Origin: Azolla caroliniana
Taxonomy: Eukaryota; Plantae; Polypodiophyta
DNA: 13,260 bases
Assembly (NCBI GenBank): GCA_043228905.1
Contig: JBHGNT010000976.1
Location: forward strand, 1-13,260
Reading direction: 5' to 3'
Part shown: positions 10,366-13,260 of the stretch, in pieces
Position numbering within the stretch: position 1 is the stretch's first letter
Layout: every line of letters begins with the position of its first letter
Made by a program: the position numbers and the translations under genes
The notes under the pieces: generated by a model
What the model saw: the letters and a program-made list of their open reading frames with translations, nothing else
Databases searched by the model: none
Told to the model about the DNA's origin: nothing

Positions 10366-10590
10366 ACAAGGCGGTAGGAGTGGGAGTGGGAGAATACCTT
10401 GTCAAGTCTATAAAACTTTTTGCATGAATGTCACTGTAAGATTAGGGTCATTATGGATATTAGGATACGTTAGGAAGACTTGAGGCTTTATTGTTTGACG
10501 TATTACCTACTAAATGCATTTGTACAAGGCATTCATCTCCAATATCCTTCTGCGACCTTTGACATATTACAAATATTGGGTCGCCGATAG

Positions 10591-10870
10591 AAGGCATTCA
10601 TCTCTTTTTGAACATAGTCCATGTGATTGAATGGTTAGTGTGGTTGAACATCTTTTTGTGGGCTACTACGATGCAATTACGAAGAGAAGGCTTGGGCACA
10701 TGTCAATGTAAAAAATGTTGTCAACTACATCATGCACCCATCGTTGACAAAGAAGCTACGCCATGTATCTAGCGATAAGAGCCTGTTGGTGAACCCCTAC
10801 CAAAAGCCACAAAGATTAATCAACCGCCTCATGGAGCTATTTTCAATTTTAGATTTGTTTTCTAGCACAT
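10591..10870 (+). pseudogene. C-terminal (SAM-binding) exon of a beta-class N6/N4 DNA methyltransferase, disrupted
   Basis: *MVSVVEHLFVGYY…(frameshift)…NYIMHPSLTKKLRHVSSDKSLLVNPYQKPQRLINRLMELFS-ILDLFSST. This fits the HPxQKP..L..L…S..GD.VLDPFxGSG consensus (NPYQKP 10792-10809, ILDLFSST 10846-10869). Possible donor gtatat at 10871. Confidence 0.75.
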
Positions 10871-10930
10871 GTATATAATATAAAACTTTTCATATCAATT
10901 TAGATTAACGTATAGTCCAAATACAACAAT

Positions 10931-13260
10931 TGCCGGGGAAGACCAGCCCGTAATCACCCTTCATTCTCCAAGTCGTTGTCCGCGTTGGTGTTGTCGTCAC
11001 CATCGTCTAGGCTTGCCAGGTCCAGTTCGTCCTCGTGTCGCTTCTTAAATACTTTGATCCTCTTCCCTGCTACTGGCACATCTATCCGCATCCTCTCAAG
11101 CTCCACGAGATGGTACATGCCATTGTCGTTAGCGCTCGTCACGGCGTAGGGCCCGAACCACCTCTTCGCAAATTTTCGCACTGTTTTGTGCTGATTGTTG
11201 AGGTTGTTGTCATATACCAGCAGCCAATCGCCTTCTTCAATCTCCTTCGGCCGGAGCCGGTGTGTCCGATCGAACCGGGCCTTGTTCCTTCCCCGTGTTG
11301 TGCGCAACTTCTCCCTTGCTCGCTCTACGTCCTCTGGTCTCCGTTCAAGCTGTCGAATCCACGCCGCCAATAGCTCTTCCCGGCTCATTTCGTTCCTCCA
11401 ATCCACCGTGGCCCACGAAGTGATTGCCCGCTCCACCAACATAATCGGTTTATGCCCGTACATCAACTCCGCCGGCATGAACCCAGTCACCAAACTGTGC
11501 GCCAGTCCGCCCACAATGCGTAAGGTAGAAGCCGCGGCCAATTCCCAACCAGTCCTTCACACGCTCGCACCAACGCCTTCACGATTGGGCCTTGCCCTCG
11601 TTCCACCTTCCCGTTCGCCTCTGGGTTGTACGCCGTAGTGAGGGAGAGCTTGACCCCGAACCGGTCGAACAACTCTTCGACTTCCTGCGCGTCCAGCTCC
11701 CCCCAATCTGCCACAATCTTTCCTACGCACCCGTACCAGCACACCACCTCCTTAATCTGGAATCGTCATACCGCCAAAGTCGTCTTATTCTGCAGTGCGC
11801 GGACCTCCACTTGGTTCTTCAAGTCTTCTCGGGCCAGTACCAAGTACCGCATCTGTCCTACCCCCATCGACATCGTCACCAAATCTACCATCCACTTGAA
11901 ATGGACGGTTGGCGGGTAGGTCGGGTGTAGCTCGTCTCGATGCCAGATCATGGAGTGCATCTGGAAACTTTCGCACGTCGTCACGAACCAGTGCATGTCT
12001 CAGTATAGCATTAGCCACCAATACCTCTCCTTTAGCTTCTCGAATGTGACCCAAGTCTTGCGGTGACCGTCCCAAGGACTCTCATGGTACGCCGCGAGCA
12101 GCATCTGCCGCTCCTCCTTTCCTGCCACTACTCGTAGTGGGACGCCGCCTCTCTTCTTTGGATGCTTCCATAGGTTCCCGTCCCATAGGAAGAACCGGTA
12201 CGCTTTCTTCCGGACTCGGTTAGCTTCGCCTTTCGTCCAGGCGGCATCCAACGTCATTGTCTTCAGGAATCTACGAATCCTAAGACACTCCCCTTCATAT
12301 TCACCCTCGTTAAATTCCCTACCCTTGTTAGGCAAGCCGACTCGAAGAAGTCCTCGCCGACTTCTTCGTCCTCCGAAACCATGCCGTCCTCGTCGTCGAA
12401 CGTCGCTCTCGAAAGTATGTCGGCCATGGCGTTGTCCTTTCCGGAGATGTGTCGTACCTCCAGATTCAGGGACTTAATGTACGTGATCCACCTGAGCATT
12501 GCTAGGTCCGGCGTCGCGCATCCGGAAACCATCCCAAGGATCGGTAGGAAGTCCGTCTCGATTATTACCTCCGTCCCGATAAGATAATCTTTATCGGCCT
12601 TGACTGCCGAAACAATACCCCAGCGCTCGCGCTTAGTTTGGGCATATCCTCATTGTCGCTCACTGAGTACCTTCGCTCTGAACCGGATAGGGACCCGTGT
12701 GCCGCCCTCGTCTTCCTGACTGATCACCCATCTTATCCATGTCGGGCTCATATCTACGGTTACATAGATCAGAACATCCTTGCTGTAAACCGCTTTACAA
12801 AGTGTCGGTGCCGCGGTAAGCGCTTCTTTCAATCTTCGGACCGACTCCGTATGTTCCTCGTCCTAGTTGAATTTCCGCCCTTTCTTTTGCAGCCCGTGGA
12901 GTGGTTCCGCGATGTGCGCATAATGTGGAACCCAGATGTGGTAGAACGCACACACCCCCAGCAACCTCCGCACCTCCGTTACTGACTTGCACTCCTTCTT
13001 CATCGCGGAAATGGCTTTGACCTTTGCCGGAGACGGTCTCCGGCCATAAGGCCCACACAAGTGATCGACGACCATGATTTCCGACTGTCCGAAAGCCGAC
13101 TTCTCCCTGGAGAAGGTGAGCTGCGCGCCTTCTAGTCTTTGTAGCAGCTTCTCGTAGTCTCCGATGTGGTCTGAGATGAATTTCCGACACCCGTCTGGTC
13201 TGATCGTTTCGTCCTTATCCTCCACCGGACATCCCTTGATTGGAATGTCATCCAAAAACG
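10931..13260 (-). mobile_element. Degenerate Ty3/gypsy pol (RT-RNaseH-INT), running off the window end
   Basis: RT FLDDIPIKG…RRLLGVCAFY; RNase H VTVD…ETDFLP…KDNAMADILSR; integrase HESPWDGH…CES, WMVD, IVAD, YNPEANGKVER, WFGPY. Gypsy domain order; stops (12863, 12650, 12000, 11766) and frameshifts. Visibly more GC/CpG-rich than its flank. Confidence 0.95.

Noticed and set aside
10930-10936. TTGCCGG at the gypsy breakpoint, shared with the LTR start (9975-9981)
   Set aside because: Only 7 bp; too short to link the two elements.
11035-12985. Plus-strand ORFs over the gypsy region
   Set aside because: Antisense shadows of GC-rich pol coding sequence.

Overview
Eukaryotic land-plant genomic DNA, possibly a non-seed plant such as a fern (inference). 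Left: a decayed, internally deleted Ty1/copia LTR retrotransposon (+, 1-3740). Middle: the first two coding exons of a glutamate receptor-like (GLR) gene on the minus strand (6355-6029, 4982-4699). Its apparent signal peptide leads straight into the S1 ligand-binding segment, with no amino-terminal domain. Right: broken, intron-containing remnants of a beta-class N6-adenine/N4-cytosine DNA methyltransferase that the ORF track misses (DIPY half on minus, 9322-9972; NPYQKP...LDLF half on plus, 10591-10870). The two halves are separated by an LTR with a ~120-bp-arm foldback and a tRNA-Trp primer binding site. A decayed Ty3/gypsy pol (-, 10931-13260) follows. All calls come from manual translation and motif recognition; no searches were run.
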